DNA of 32,582 nt. It comes from Eubacteriales bacterium (lineage in GTDB: Bacteria; Bacillota; Clostridia; Oscillospirales; CAG-272). The translations under genes were made by a program, and so were the position numbers. The notes beneath the pieces are model-generated. The model saw only the letters and a program-made list of their open reading frames with translations, ran no database searches and was not told the DNA's origin. This document shows positions 7,807 to 18,297 of the stretch, piece after piece. The DNA lies in NCBI GenBank assembly GCA_045122995.1, contig JBGVIG010000448.1:1-32582 (forward strand), written 5' to 3'. The first letter of the stretch is position 1. Every line of letters starts with the position of its first letter.

Positions 7807-7845
7807 ACAAAAAACGCAGGCAATGCCTGCGTTTTTCTTTTTTTA
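7807..7845. terminator. Bidirectional terminator shared by the CNNM gene (+) and the ABC/FtsX gene (-)
   Basis: A-run, then CGCAGGC (7815-7821), AAT, GCCTGCG (7825-7831), then a T-run. Confidence 0.8.
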
Positions 7846-10818
7846 ATCTGTTCTGAGTGCCACAACGGGATCTTTCTTCGCTGCCATGCGGGAAGGAACA
7901 AGACCTGCGATGAGCGTCAATATGATGCTGAGTGCCACAAGGATCACAGCACCGCCAACGGGAAGGATCGCATTGAGGATACCAATGCCCGTAACTGCGT
8001 GCAAGATCGGGTTCGCGATCAAAATCAGCAGCAAGGTAATGCCAATACCAAGCGCGCCTGAAATAAAGCCGACGATCGCGGTTTCCGCATTGAATACACG
8101 GGAAACGTCCTTCTTCGAAGCACCAATCGCACGAAGGATACCGATCTCTTTCGTTCTTTCCAAAACGGAGATATAGGTGATGATACCGATCATGATCGAC
8201 GACACCACGAGAGATACGCCGACAAAGGCGATCAACACGTAAGAGATCGCGTTGATGACTGTAGTAATCGAACTCATAAGGATCTTCACGTAGTCCGTGT
8301 AAGAGATCTTGTCGGTTTCGTCCACGCCATCGTTGTAAGCGGTGATCAAAGCCGCGATCTCGTCTTTATCTTCAAAGCTTTCCGCATAAATGTTGATAGC
8401 GGAAGGAGATTCCGCATCTACATAACCAAGAAGCTTCAGATTCTTTTCATAAGTGGAATCCGAAACAGTTTTCGGCATATAGGTTTCATGAAGCACAGCA
8501 AGCTCTGCTTCGGTGTAAACCACAAGAGAAGCATCAAACGCCATGGCAAGTTGGTCTGCCGTCATCGCACCGAGCGCTGTCTGCACCTCAAGTGCATAAT
8601 TTGCCACGATCTGCTGTTTTGCCGCATTCGCCACCGCACCAAAAAGCTCTTCATCGCTCATGCCTGCGATATAGCCCTTGATCTGTGTCGTGTCGGTAAT
8701 GCCCATTTCTGCGGCATACATCTGAATGACCATTTCCTCAAGCGCTTCTCTGGTGTACTGCGCAACGTACTGCTGCGCTGCCTTTTCCAACTCATCTTCG
8801 GGCATGACAGAGCTGATCTCTGTATAGATCGCTGCCTTTTCCGCGGTGGTGAGTCTTGAAAAATAGGAAAGAATTTCTTCCGCTTTCTCAGCGTCCGTCA
8901 ATTCTTCCTCGTTTTCACTCTTGAATTTAAGTCCTGAGAGAATATCCATCGTGGGATTTTCCATCTGCTCTTTCACGATCGCGCTCTGTGCCGCATGTTC
9001 GATGGCGTATTCTGTGAGCGCGGAAGTATAGCCGATGGAGCCCGTCATCATGGAAGCAACAGCGTCCTTATCGGGACGGATAATACCCGAAACCGTCAGC
9101 TCCAAGCCTTTTTCAGAATCGTAAAGGAATTTCATGCCAGCATCTGTCGCGGAAAGATTGGTGTAGGTGCCGTCAGCATTTTTCTGATAGAGATCGGAAG
9201 CTAGGAAAAGCTTGAAGGTCATATCACAAATTTCTTCATAAGACCAGCTTTCCGTTTTTCCTTCTTCGGTTTTGCCTTCCATGGATTCTTTCATAGAGGT
9301 CTGCATTTCTTCCGTAGTCTTCAAACCAAGAACGTAAAGCGCCACATCGGAAAGCTCATTATTTTCATCGACAACAAGTACGATCTCATTATATTTTTCC
9401 GGCATATGACCGTAAAGTACGTCATATTGATCCGCAAAAAGATCACTCACAAGCGCACCATCTTCTCCGGGAAGCATTTCTTCCCAAATGTCATATGCGG
9501 CAAAGCTGCTTGCGTTTGCTTCCATCATCTGAGCGGAAGATGCCGCGTCGCCGCCCGCCATCAGCTCCTGCATCAGCGCCGTCAAGTCGCTTTTTACGAT
9601 ATCGCCGTTTTTATCTTGAGTATAAAGATGAAAATCCATATCGTAAGTATAGCGGATCGCGCTGACGAATTCATCAAATTCGGGCGTATTTTCCAAATAT
9701 TTTTTGAAAGCGGTAAGATTATTTTTCTGCACCGTGGTGTTGGAAAGGGAGCTCATCAGCTCATACATGATACGATTCGCATAGACCGCGTCAAGCTCAT
9801 GCTTTTGCTCGGTGGCAGAGGTGTTCGCGCTCATCATCGTGGTGATCAGTCCTGACATATCCACCGTTTCCGCTTGAAGCATGATGGGATAACTGGATAG
9901 CGTATCTTCCTGCACACGGTTGATATACGCGGTAACACCATTGGAGATGGAAAGGATCAGCGCAATACCGATAATACCGATCGAACCCGCAAAGCTTGTC
10001 AAAAATGTTCTGCCCTTTTTGGTGCGCAGATTGTTCAGTGAAAGCGCAAGTGCCGTGCCAAAGGACATCGTGCGGTTTTTAAGGCGTTTTTCTTTCTTTT
10101 TCTTGAGAGATTCTGTTTTCGGTTCTTCCTCTTTAGGTGCAACATAAGGATCTGTGTCACCGATGATCTTACCGTCCAGAATACGAATGATACGGGTAGA
10201 ATATTTCTCCGCAAGCTCAGGGTTATGAGTAACCATGATGACAAGGCGATCTTTCGCGACCTCCTTGAGCATTTCCATGATCTGTACGCTGGTTTCCGAG
10301 TCAAGCGCACCGGTCGGTTCATCGGCAAGCAAGATTTCAGGATTGTTGACAAGCGCACGCGCAATGGCAACCCTCTGCATCTGACCGCCCGACATCTGAT
10401 TCGGACGTTTATAGATTTCGCTTGCAAGTCCCACCTTTTCCAAAGCATCTTTGGCGCGGCGGCGACGTTCTGCCTTTGAAATACCGGAGATCGTCAGCGC
10501 CAGCTCCACATTGGCAAGAACACTCTGGTGAGGAATGAGATTATAGCTTTGAAAAACAAAGCCAATGGAATGATTTCTGTATGCGTCCCAATCTGAATCA
10601 CGGAAATCTTTTGTGGATTTTCCGCTGATAACAAGATCGCCGCTGGTATATTGGTCAAGACCACCGATGATATTGAGGAGCGTTGTCTTACCGCAACCGG
10701 AAGGTCCAAGAATGGAAACAAATTCACTTTTGCGAAACTCCACCGAAAGTCCGCGAAGTGCTGCCACCTTGTTATCGCCTGCGGCATATTCTTTATGAAT
10801 ATCTTTTAATACAAGCAT
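7843..10818 (-). CDS. Fused ABC ATPase / FtsX-type permease (MacB-like) with a very large extracytoplasmic domain
   Basis: N-terminal Walker A GPSGCGKTT, signature LSGGQ-like SGGQMQRVAIARAL, and Walker B LLADEP. One TM follows near aa ~280, then ~560 aa of soluble sequence, then the FtsX 3-TM module with ERTKEIGILRAIGA. The ATG at 10818 has an AAAGGGA RBS; the ORF opens at 10839. Confidence 0.85.
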   Translation of the reverse strand: MLVLKDIHKEYAAGDNKVAALRGLSVEFRKSEFVSILGPSGCGKTTLLNIIGGLDQYTSGDLVISGKSTKDFRDSDWDAYRNHSIGFVFQSYNLIPHQSVLANVELALTISGISKAERRRRAKDALEKVGLASEIYKRPNQMSGGQMQRVAIARALVNNPEILLADEPTGALDSETSVQIMEMLKEVAKDRLVIMVTHNPELAEKYSTRIIRILDGKIIGDTDPYVAPKEEEPKTESLKKKKEKRLKNRTMSFGTALALSLNNLRTKKGRTFLTSFAGSIGIIGIALILSISNGVTAYINRVQEDTLSSYPIMLQAETVDMSGLITTMMSANTSATEQKHELDAVYANRIMYELMSSLSNTTVQKNNLTAFKKYLENTPEFDEFVSAIRYTYDMDFHLYTQDKNGDIVKSDLTALMQELMAGGDAASSAQMMEANASSFAAYDIWEEMLPGEDGALVSDLFADQYDVLYGHMPEKYNEIVLVVDENNELSDVALYVLGLKTTEEMQTSMKESMEGKTEEGKTESWSYEEICDMTFKLFLASDLYQKNADGTYTNLSATDAGMKFLYDSEKGLELTVSGIIRPDKDAVASMMTGSIGYTSALTEYAIEHAAQSAIVKEQMENPTMDILSGLKFKSENEEELTDAEKAEEILSYFSRLTTAEKAAIYTEISSVMPEDELEKAAQQYVAQYTREALEEMVIQMYAAEMGITDTTQIKGYIAGMSDEELFGAVANAAKQQIVANYALEVQTALGAMTADQLAMAFDASLVVYTEAELAVLHETYMPKTVSDSTYEKNLKLLGYVDAESPSAINIYAESFEDKDEIAALITAYNDGVDETDKISYTDYVKILMSSITTVINAISYVLIAFVGVSLVVSSIMIGIITYISVLERTKEIGILRAIGASKKDVSRVFNAETAIVGFISGALGIGITLLLILIANPILHAVTGIGILNAILPVGGAVILVALSIILTLIAGLVPSRMAAKKDPVVALRTD

Positions 10819-10924
10819 GGGGATCCCTTTCTTTCTCATACTATCTTTTTAATAATATAGTATTATACACCCCATTTATGAATAGCGTATGAACATATGG
10901 TGATAATTATAAATATTTTCCTCA

Positions 10925-10994
10925 CAGCGCTCTGCTTTTTGCAGGGTTCTACCCTGCACCCGCATAAGGGGTATTACCCCTTATGAATCCCAAT
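10925..10994 (-). repeat. GC-hairpin intergenic repeat, copy B1 (minus orientation)
   Basis: The minus strand reads ATTGGGATTCATAAGGGGTAATACCCCTTATGCGGGTGCAGGGTAGAACCCTGC. Hairpins lie at 10963-10985 and 10941-10957. Confidence 0.75.
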
Positions 10995-11103
10995 ATCTTC
11001 TGCCCCACAATAGGTTCCAAGGGGACCTTGGTACAAACATATCTATGTCCTTTTTCCAATTTGGATATATTTTTCGATAAGTGCGTGACACGCTTCGCGT
11101 GTG

Positions 11104-11170
11104 GACCACCTTGGCAGAGCGCGAGGCAGCGCCTCGCAAGAAAAAAAGGTGCGAAAACGCACCTTTTTCT
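11104..11170 (+). repeat. GC-hairpin repeat, truncated copy B2, fused to the ftsH bidirectional terminator
   Basis: CCTTGGCAGAGC, then GCGAGGC-AGC-GCCTCGC (11121-11137), A-tract, then GGTGCG-AAAA-CGCACC (11148-11163) and a T-run. Nearly identical to 18598-18660. Confidence 0.75.
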
Positions 11171-11171
11171 T

Positions 11172-13238
11172 TTATTTTTTAGGGGGGAAGAAATGATCGT
11201 CGTAGCCGTAGCCTTGCTTTTCGCCTTCAGCTTTGGATTTTGCTTCCGCTTCGCGGCGGCGTGCTTCTTCTTCGTCACGCTTGCGTGCTTCTGCTTCTGC
11301 GGCTTCACGAAGTTTATTTTCTTCTGCGGAACGGCGGCGTTTTTCCTCACCGATGGCAACGATGTCTTCAAGAGTTGCCTCGTCGTTTTCCATCGCAGCC
11401 TTAAACTGCTCATCGTCCATAATTTCGTTTTCCACAAGGAAATCTGCAAGGAAATCGAGCTTCGCTCTCTTTTCCATGAGAATTTCTTTTGCTTTTGCAT
11501 AAGCTTCATCAATGATGATCTTCACTTCTTCATCAATGAGAGAAGCCGTCTGTTCGGAATATACCTTGGAAGCATTGAAATCTCTGCCAAGGAATACTTC
11601 ACCCTCACCATGCTCACTACCGAGGTGGATCGTACCCACACGATCGCTCATACCAAGCTCGGTGACCATGCGGCGTGCGATCGAGGTCGCGCGCTGAATA
11701 TCATTGGAAGCACCGCCGGAAACATCGCCATAGATGATCTCTTCTGCAGCTCTACCGCCGAGGAGCATCGCGATATTTTCCTTCAGCTCATTTTTGTAAA
11801 CGCTGTATTTATCTTCCACGGGGGGATTAAGCGTATAACCAAGCGCTCTGCCGCTGGGGATCACGGAGATCTGACGAACAGGATCCTGTGTGGGCAAGCA
11901 ATATGCGAGGATCGCATGACCTGCTTCGTGATATGCGGTCTTGCGCTTTTCTTCGGGTTTGATCTTGTGATTGCGCTTCTGTGTGCCGACAGTGATCTTA
12001 ATGAGAGATTCTTCAATGTCGATCATACCGATAAGTGCTTTATTCTTTCTTGCTGCAAGAAGTGCCGCTTCGTTGAGAAGGTTCGCAAGATCTGCGCCGG
12101 TGAAACCAACGGTCGTCTGTGCGATCTTCTTAAGATCCACTTCTTTTTCAAAGGGTTTCCCTTTTGCGTGAACGTGAAGAATATCTTCTCTACCCTTGAT
12201 ATCGGGATAACCAACCGTGATCTGTCTGTCAAAACGTCCGGGACGGAGAAGCGCGGGGTCAAGGATATCGGGGCGGTTGGTCGCCGCGATGACGATAACG
12301 CCGTCATGGCCGCCAAAGCCGTCCATCTCTACGAGAAGCTGGTTGAGCGTCTGCTCACGTTCATCGTGGCCGCCGCCAAGACCTGTGCCGCGGCGTCTGC
12401 CCACAGCGTCGATTTCGTCGATAAAGATGATGCTTGCAGGTGCTTTTTTTGCGGTTTCAAAAAGGTCACGCACACGGGAAGCACCGACACCGACGTACAT
12501 TTCCACGAAGTCGGAACCCGAGATCGAGAAGAAAGGAACGTCAGCTTCTCCTGCCGTTGCTTTGGCAAGGAGTGTTTTACCCGTTCCGGGAGGGCCTACG
12601 AGAAGCACGCCCCGCGGAATTTTTGCGCCAAGACGCTGGAATTTCGCAGGATCACGCAAGTATTCCACGACCTCACGAAGCTCTTCTTTTTCCTCGTCTG
12701 CACCGGCAACGTCTGTAAAGAACACACGTGTCTTATCTTTTTGCGGTGTTTTCACACGCGCTTTGCTGAAAGCATTCATTTTGCGTTCGCCGTCAGAGAA
12801 TTTATTCGCCATATAGAACCAAGCGAAAATACCGATGGCAAGCATGATGAGATAAGGAAGGAAGCTGAGGATCCACGGTGTTTCCTTGGGTGCTTCCATA
12901 TCGCAGTTTTCAATGATGAGTGTGCGCTCGCTTTCAGGGAGCGCAAGCTGTGCATCGATATATTCATCTACGTCTGCTTTGAACAAGTATACGTCGCGCA
13001 ATTTTTTGCTGTATTCTTTTTGTCTGCCGTTTTCGTCAAGTTCCGTTGTCTTAAACGTCAAAATATTGTCGGCGCCGATCTGATATTCGGTCACCATATT
13101 GTCACGGAACATTTCAACCACTTCGCCGTATGTCGGTTGACCAAGCGCCGATGCGCCGCCAAGCAGTGTAAAGCAAACAAGCATAAAGCCTGCCAGCAAT
13201 GCGACATAGAGAAGTATCGTCTTTTTATTGCCTTTCAT
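11172..13238 (-). CDS. ftsH: ATP-dependent zinc metalloprotease FtsH
   Basis: AAA+ Walker [12 protein letters not shown] region, zinc motif HEAGH, and N-terminal TM segments. The ATG at 13238 lies 10 nt after GGAGGA; the ORF track opens at TTG 13256. Long E/A/R/K-rich C-terminal tail. Confidence 0.95.
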   Translation of the reverse strand: MKGNKKTILLYVALLAGFMLVCFTLLGGASALGQPTYGEVVEMFRDNMVTEYQIGADNILTFKTTELDENGRQKEYSKKLRDVYLFKADVDEYIDAQLALPESERTLIIENCDMEAPKETPWILSFLPYLIMLAIGIFAWFYMANKFSDGERKMNAFSKARVKTPQKDKTRVFFTDVAGADEEKEELREVVEYLRDPAKFQRLGAKIPRGVLLVGPPGTGKTLLAKATAGEADVPFFSISGSDFVEMYVGVGASRVRDLFETAKKAPASIIFIDEIDAVGRRRGTGLGGGHDEREQTLNQLLVEMDGFGGHDGVIVIAATNRPDILDPALLRPGRFDRQITVGYPDIKGREDILHVHAKGKPFEKEVDLKKIAQTTVGFTGADLANLLNEAALLAARKNKALIGMIDIEESLIKITVGTQKRNHKIKPEEKRKTAYHEAGHAILAYCLPTQDPVRQISVIPSGRALGYTLNPPVEDKYSVYKNELKENIAMLLGGRAAEEIIYGDVSGGASNDIQRATSIARRMVTELGMSDRVGTIHLGSEHGEGEVFLGRDFNASKVYSEQTASLIDEEVKIIIDEAYAKAKEILMEKRAKLDFLADFLVENEIMDDEQFKAAMENDEATLEDIVAIGEEKRRRSAEENKLREAAEAEARKRDEEEARRREAEAKSKAEGEKQGYGYDDHFFPPKK

Positions 13239-13284
13239 GTCTGAAAAATCCTCCAAAGGGGTGTTTTATTGGATATATGCTATT

Positions 13285-13293
13285 ATTATAGCA
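13285..13293 (-). promoter_or_regulatory. Extended -10 element upstream of ftsH
   Basis: The minus strand reads TGCTATAAT. The -35 is poor. Confidence 0.35.
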
Positions 13294-13361
13294 GATTTTT
13301 GCGCCGGAGTGTTGAAAAAATGTAAACATTCTGAAATATTTTAACACTTTCGGCGAATTTT

Positions 13362-16187
13362 TTATGCCTTATCTTCCAAAAGCGGGCGCAGATATCTTCC
13401 AGTATAGGAATTTTCGTTCTTTGCCACTTCTTCGGGCGTGCCTGCCGCCACGACCGTACCGCCGCCGTCACCGCCCTCGGGGCCGAGGTCGATGATATGA
13501 TCGGCAGTTTTGATCACATCAAGATTATGCTCGATGACAAGCACCGTATTCCCATTTTCGCAAAGACGGTTCAAAACGACGAGAAGTTTTGCCACGTCGT
13601 CCGTGTGAAGACCCGTGGTGGGTTCGTCAAGGATATAGATCGTTTTGCCTGTGCCGCGTCTGGAAAGCTCTGTTGCCAGCTTCACGCGTTGTGCTTCACC
13701 GCCCGAAAGCGTGGTGGATGATTGACCGATCTTGATGTAGCCAAGTCCCACGTCGTAAAGTGTTTGCAGTTTTCTTTGCAGCTTCGGCATATTTTCAAAG
13801 AAGTGCAGACCTTCTTCCACCGTCATATCCAGCACGTCAAAGATGTTCTTTCCTTTATATTTCACGTCGAGCGTATCTTGATTGTAACGCTTTCCGTGGC
13901 AGGTATCACAAGTGACGTAAACGTCGGGAAGAAAATGCATTTCGATGCAGCGAACACCATCACCCTCACACATCTCACATCTGCCTCCCTTGATGTTAAA
14001 GGAAAAACGCCCTGCCGTGTAGCCTCTCGCTTTCGCATCAGGCGTCATCGCAAAAAGCTCGCGGATATCTGTGAAAAGTCCTGTATACGTTGCAGGATTG
14101 GAGCGAGGTGTGCGTCCGATGGGGCTTTGGTCGATGGAAACCACTTTATCCAGATGCTCCAGACCTTCGATACGGTCAAATTTACCGGGATAAGTGGAAG
14201 CGCGGTTCAGTTTTCGCGCAAGCTCACGCAAAAGCACCGCATTGATCAGTGAGGATTTGCCCGAGCCGGAAACGCCCGTCACACAGACGAATTTTCCAAG
14301 CGGGATCTCCACGTTGATGTTTTTGAGGTTATTTTCTGCCGCACCGTAAATGGTGAGGAAATTGCCATTCCCTTCTCTGCGCTTTTCGGGAACGGAGATC
14401 TTCTTTCTGCCCGAAAGATATGCACCCGTGAGCGAATGCTCATTTTGCATGATCTCTTCCGGTGTGCCGACCGCCACGACTTCACCGCCGTGAACACCAG
14501 CGCCGGGGCCGATATCCACGATATAATCCGAGCTCATCATGGTTTCTTCGTCATGCTCCACAACGATCACGGTGTTACCCGTATCGCGCAGACGCTTGAG
14601 CGTATCAACGAGCTTCGTGTTGTCACGTTGGTGCAAACCGATGCTCGGTTCGTCAAGGATATACATCACACCAACGAGCGAAGAGCCGATCTGTGTAGCA
14701 AGGCGGATTCTTTGCGCTTCGCCGCCCGAAAGGGTACCCGATTTGCGCCAGAGCGTGAGGTATTCAAGACCGACGCTCTTGAGAAAACCGAGGCGTGCGC
14801 GGATCTCTTTGAGAATCTCTTTGGCGATCTGCCGTTCGGTGTTGTCAAGCTTCAGATTTTCAAAGAAACTCAAAGCGTTTGTCACGTTCAGCGAGCAAAG
14901 CTCATAAATATTGAGTCCACCCACCGTGACGGAAAGCACTTCGGGAGAAAGACGCTTGCCACCGCAGGCAGGACAAGGCGTGAAATCCATAAATTCATTA
15001 TAATATTCCCCGCCCGACTGGTTCATACGCGTTTCGATGATATTAAGAATACCGTCCCATTTGGAAAAGGTTTCTCTGCCTACGCCGCCAAAATAGCGAA
15101 CAACCTGATAACGCTTGACACCCGTACCGCGGAGCAATGCCGCGAGCGCTTCTTCGGAAAATTCTTCAATCGGCGTATCCAGCGTAAAGCCATATTCTTT
15201 GCCGACCGCTTCAATGAGCGGTCCGTTCCACGATTCTTCTTCCATCGTTTTGAAACCATTCACGGCGATCGCACCGCCGCGCAAGGAAAGCGAACGGTCA
15301 GGGATCACCTTTCGTTCGGAAACGACCTGCATTTCTCCCATACCCGCACACTTTTCACAAGCACCAAAGGGGCTGTTAAAGGAGAACATTCGGGGTGAAA
15401 GCTCGGTCATATGGATACCATGCTCTTCACAAGCATAGTTTTGGGAGAAACGGATCTCCTCTCCGTTTTCCATGAGATAGACTGCCACAAGTCCGCCGCC
15501 GAGTGAAAGCGCTGTTTCCAGCGAATCGGACAGACGTCTGCGCAGATCTTCTTTCATGATCAAACGGTCAACCACGATATCAATATCATGTTTTTTATTT
15601 TTATCAAGGCTCGGCACCTCGTCCAGTGTATATAAGATGCCGTCCACGCGTACACGGGCATAACCTTGCTTTCTTGCGTCTTCAAAGACCTTTTCATGCA
15701 TACCCTTTTTACCGCGCGCGGCAGGAACCATGATCATAAATTTTGTGCCGACAGGAAGAGCCATGATCTTTTCGATGATGGTATCCGTGGACATTTTACG
15801 GATCTCCTTACCGCAAACGGGACAATGCGGAATACCGATGCGCGCATAAAGCAGACGCAAATAGTCATAGATCTCCGTCACCGTACCGACGGTAGAACGG
15901 GGGTTTTTCGACGTTGTTTTCTGGTCGATGGAAATGGCGGGGGAAAGACCGTCGATAAAATCGAGGTCAGGCTTATCCATCTGTCCAAGGAACTGACGTG
16001 CGTAAGAGGAAAGCGATTCCACAAAGCGACGATGTCCTTCTGCATAGAGTGTGTCAAATGCCAACGAAGATTTACCAGAACCCGAAAGCCCCGTGAAGAT
16101 CACAAGTTTATCACGCGGGATCGTGAGATCTATATTTTTCAGATTGTGTACTCTCGCACCTTGAATGCGAATGTGTTTGGCTGACAT
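13362..16187 (-). CDS. uvrA: Excinuclease ABC subunit A
   Basis: 941 aa. N-terminal [12 protein letters not shown] and [14 protein letters not shown], two ABC modules, and zinc-finger cysteines. Confidence 0.97.
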   Translation of the reverse strand: MSAKHIRIQGARVHNLKNIDLTIPRDKLVIFTGLSGSGKSSLAFDTLYAEGHRRFVESLSSYARQFLGQMDKPDLDFIDGLSPAISIDQKTTSKNPRSTVGTVTEIYDYLRLLYARIGIPHCPVCGKEIRKMSTDTIIEKIMALPVGTKFMIMVPAARGKKGMHEKVFEDARKQGYARVRVDGILYTLDEVPSLDKNKKHDIDIVVDRLIMKEDLRRRLSDSLETALSLGGGLVAVYLMENGEEIRFSQNYACEEHGIHMTELSPRMFSFNSPFGACEKCAGMGEMQVVSERKVIPDRSLSLRGGAIAVNGFKTMEEESWNGPLIEAVGKEYGFTLDTPIEEFSEEALAALLRGTGVKRYQVVRYFGGVGRETFSKWDGILNIIETRMNQSGGEYYNEFMDFTPCPACGGKRLSPEVLSVTVGGLNIYELCSLNVTNALSFFENLKLDNTERQIAKEILKEIRARLGFLKSVGLEYLTLWRKSGTLSGGEAQRIRLATQIGSSLVGVMYILDEPSIGLHQRDNTKLVDTLKRLRDTGNTVIVVEHDEETMMSSDYIVDIGPGAGVHGGEVVAVGTPEEIMQNEHSLTGAYLSGRKKISVPEKRREGNGNFLTIYGAAENNLKNINVEIPLGKFVCVTGVSGSGKSSLINAVLLRELARKLNRASTYPGKFDRIEGLEHLDKVVSIDQSPIGRTPRSNPATYTGLFTDIRELFAMTPDAKARGYTAGRFSFNIKGGRCEMCEGDGVRCIEMHFLPDVYVTCDTCHGKRYNQDTLDVKYKGKNIFDVLDMTVEEGLHFFENMPKLQRKLQTLYDVGLGYIKIGQSSTTLSGGEAQRVKLATELSRRGTGKTIYILDEPTTGLHTDDVAKLLVVLNRLCENGNTVLVIEHNLDVIKTADHIIDLGPEGGDGGGTVVAAGTPEEVAKNENSYTGRYLRPLLEDKA

Positions 16188-16259
16188 AATTTTGCCTTTC
16201 TATATCATTTTCGGTATGTTGTTTTCGCAGAAATCCATGCTGCTTGACAAAACTGATCC

Positions 16260-18218
16260 TTATTTTTTCATTTTTGCGATTTCGTCACGCAGGTAAGCGG
16301 CGCGTTCGAAATCGAGCTGTTTTGCCGCTTCTTTCATTTCGGCAGTCATCTTTGCGATGATCTTTTCTTTTTCGGCGGCAGTCAATTTCTTTGTTTGTTT
16401 CTTATTTTTTGCGGATTCATCACGCGATGTGATCTCGATCACGGCGCGGACCTCTTTTTTGATCGTCTTTGGCACGATGCCGTTCTTTTCGTTGTATGCC
16501 GCTTGGATCGCACGGCGGCGTTCCGTTTCCTTGATCGCGCGGGACATGGAGCCTGTCACGCTGTCTGCATACATGATAACCGTACCGTCTGCATTTCTGG
16601 CGGCACGTCCGATAGTCTGAATGAGCGAGGTTTCCGAGCGAAGAAAACCTTCCTTATCCGCATCAAGGATCGCAACGAGCGAAACCTCCGGGATATCCAG
16701 GCCTTCACGAAGCAGGTTAATGCCCACCAGAACGTCAAAAACACCAAGTCTGAGATCGCGAATCAGCTCTTGACGCTCCATGGTTTCCACATTGTGGTGG
16801 ATATAACGCACCTTGATGAGATTCATCTCCAGATATTCGCAGATATCCTCTGCCATTTTTTTCGTCAGCGTGGTCACGAGTACGCGTTCACCACGATCAG
16901 CTCTCTGACGGATCTCACCCATCAGATCGTCGATCTGTCCCTCCACAGGGCGGATCTCCACGCGAGGATCCATAAGACCGGTCGGTCGAATGATCTGCTC
17001 TACCACTTGTGTTGCGCGTTCCTTTTCATAATCGCCGGGTGTCGCACTGACATAGATCGTTTGATTGAGTTTGCTTTCAAATTCGGGGAAAAAGAGCGGT
17101 CTGTTGTCATATGCCGACGGCAGACGGAAACCATAATCCACCAAATTTTTCTTTCTGGCAAAGTCACCGCCGCTCATACCGCGCACCTGCGGAAGCGTTA
17201 CATGGGATTCGTCCACAAAAAGCAGAAAATCCTTAGGGAAATAATCCAGAAGCGTATACGGTGTAGAACCCGGTTCTCTGCCCGAAAGCACACGGGAATA
17301 GTTTTCCACGCCCGAACAAAAGCCGACTTCGCGAAGCATTTCCATATCGTATTTCGTTCTCTGCTCAATGCGCTGTGCTTCGAGAAGCTGATTATTTGAC
17401 TTGAAATAATCTACACGGTCAAGCAGTTCTGCTTCGATCTCACGGATAGCCGCCTCTCTTTTTTCGTCAGAAGTGGCATAATGCGATGCGGGATAGATCG
17501 CGGCATAGCTCATTACGCCCAGCACCTCACCTGTTGTGGTGTTGATCTCACAAAGGCGGTCGATCTCATCACCGAAAAATTCCACACGGATCGCAGTTTT
17601 TCCCGATGCCGGCATAATATCCATAATATCGCCGCGGATACGGAATTTATCACGTTCAAGAGAGATATCATTTCTGTTATATTGAATGGCAATGAGCCTT
17701 CTTGCCAGCTCATCTATGCTGATCTCCATGCCGGGTCGAAGTGCCAGCACAAGCTCCTGGTATTCCAAAGGGTCACCAAGAGAATAGATGCACGAAACGC
17801 TGGCAACGATGATGACGTCCCTTCTTTCAAAAAGTGCCGAGGTAGCACTATGTCTAAGGCGGTCGATCTCGTCATTAACGGCAGAATCCTTTTCAATATA
17901 AAGATCTCTGCCCGGAATATACGCTTCGGGCTGATAATAATCGTAATAAGAAACAAAATATTCTACGGCATTTTCAGGAAAGAACTCACGAAATTCGGAG
18001 CAAAGCTGTGCCGCAAGTGTTTTGTTATGTGCCAAAACAAGCGTGGGACGGTTACAATTTGCGATAATGTTCGCCATGGTAAACGTTTTACCCGAGCCCG
18101 TTACACCGACAAGCGCCTGCGCGCGGTCACCGCGAAGCACGCCGTCTGTCAGCGCTTTGATCGCTTCCGGCTGGTCACCTGTGGGTTTATATTCAGAAAC
18201 CAACTTAAATTTCTCCAT
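16260..18218 (-). CDS. uvrB: Excinuclease ABC subunit B
   Basis: [17 protein letters not shown], helicase motif I GVTGSGKT, and a C-terminal UVR domain. The ATG at 18218 lies 6 nt after GGAGG; the ORF opens at 18233. Confidence 0.97.
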   Translation of the reverse strand: MEKFKLVSEYKPTGDQPEAIKALTDGVLRGDRAQALVGVTGSGKTFTMANIIANCNRPTLVLAHNKTLAAQLCSEFREFFPENAVEYFVSYYDYYQPEAYIPGRDLYIEKDSAVNDEIDRLRHSATSALFERRDVIIVASVSCIYSLGDPLEYQELVLALRPGMEISIDELARRLIAIQYNRNDISLERDKFRIRGDIMDIMPASGKTAIRVEFFGDEIDRLCEINTTTGEVLGVMSYAAIYPASHYATSDEKREAAIREIEAELLDRVDYFKSNNQLLEAQRIEQRTKYDMEMLREVGFCSGVENYSRVLSGREPGSTPYTLLDYFPKDFLLFVDESHVTLPQVRGMSGGDFARKKNLVDYGFRLPSAYDNRPLFFPEFESKLNQTIYVSATPGDYEKERATQVVEQIIRPTGLMDPRVEIRPVEGQIDDLMGEIRQRADRGERVLVTTLTKKMAEDICEYLEMNLIKVRYIHHNVETMERQELIRDLRLGVFDVLVGINLLREGLDIPEVSLVAILDADKEGFLRSETSLIQTIGRAARNADGTVIMYADSVTGSMSRAIKETERRRAIQAAYNEKNGIVPKTIKKEVRAVIEITSRDESAKNKKQTKKLTAAEKEKIIAKMTAEMKEAAKQLDFERAAYLRDEIAKMKK

Positions 18219-18261
18219 AACCGTCCTCCTCATTTTTATTATTTTGCACCATATTCATTTT

Positions 18262-18290
18262 ATTTTATCACACTATTTTTTTTATTTCAA
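18262..18290 (-). promoter_or_regulatory. sigma-A promoter for uvrBA
   Basis: On the minus strand: TTGAAA (18290-18285), 17 nt, TGA-TAAAAT (-10 at 18267-18262). Confidence 0.5.
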
Positions 18291-18297
18291 CAGTTTT

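Noticed and set aside
10983-13244. Very long antisense ORFs opposite real genes. Examples: 753 aa opposite ftsH, 562 and 334 aa opposite uvrB, 550 aa opposite GH95, 436 aa opposite the ABC permease, 313 aa opposite kdgK, and 276 aa opposite nif3.
   Set aside because: Every checked antisense ORF is in the codon-aligned frame. For example, the ftsH codons and the ORF at 10983 share the same phase mod 3; the same holds for kdgK/2490-3431, nif3/858-1688 and GH95/19221-20873. In that frame, antisense stops correspond to sense codons TTA, CTA and TCA, which this genome evidently avoids. The translations are low-complexity, lack RBSs, and run through intergenic repeats. They are shadow ORFs, not genes.
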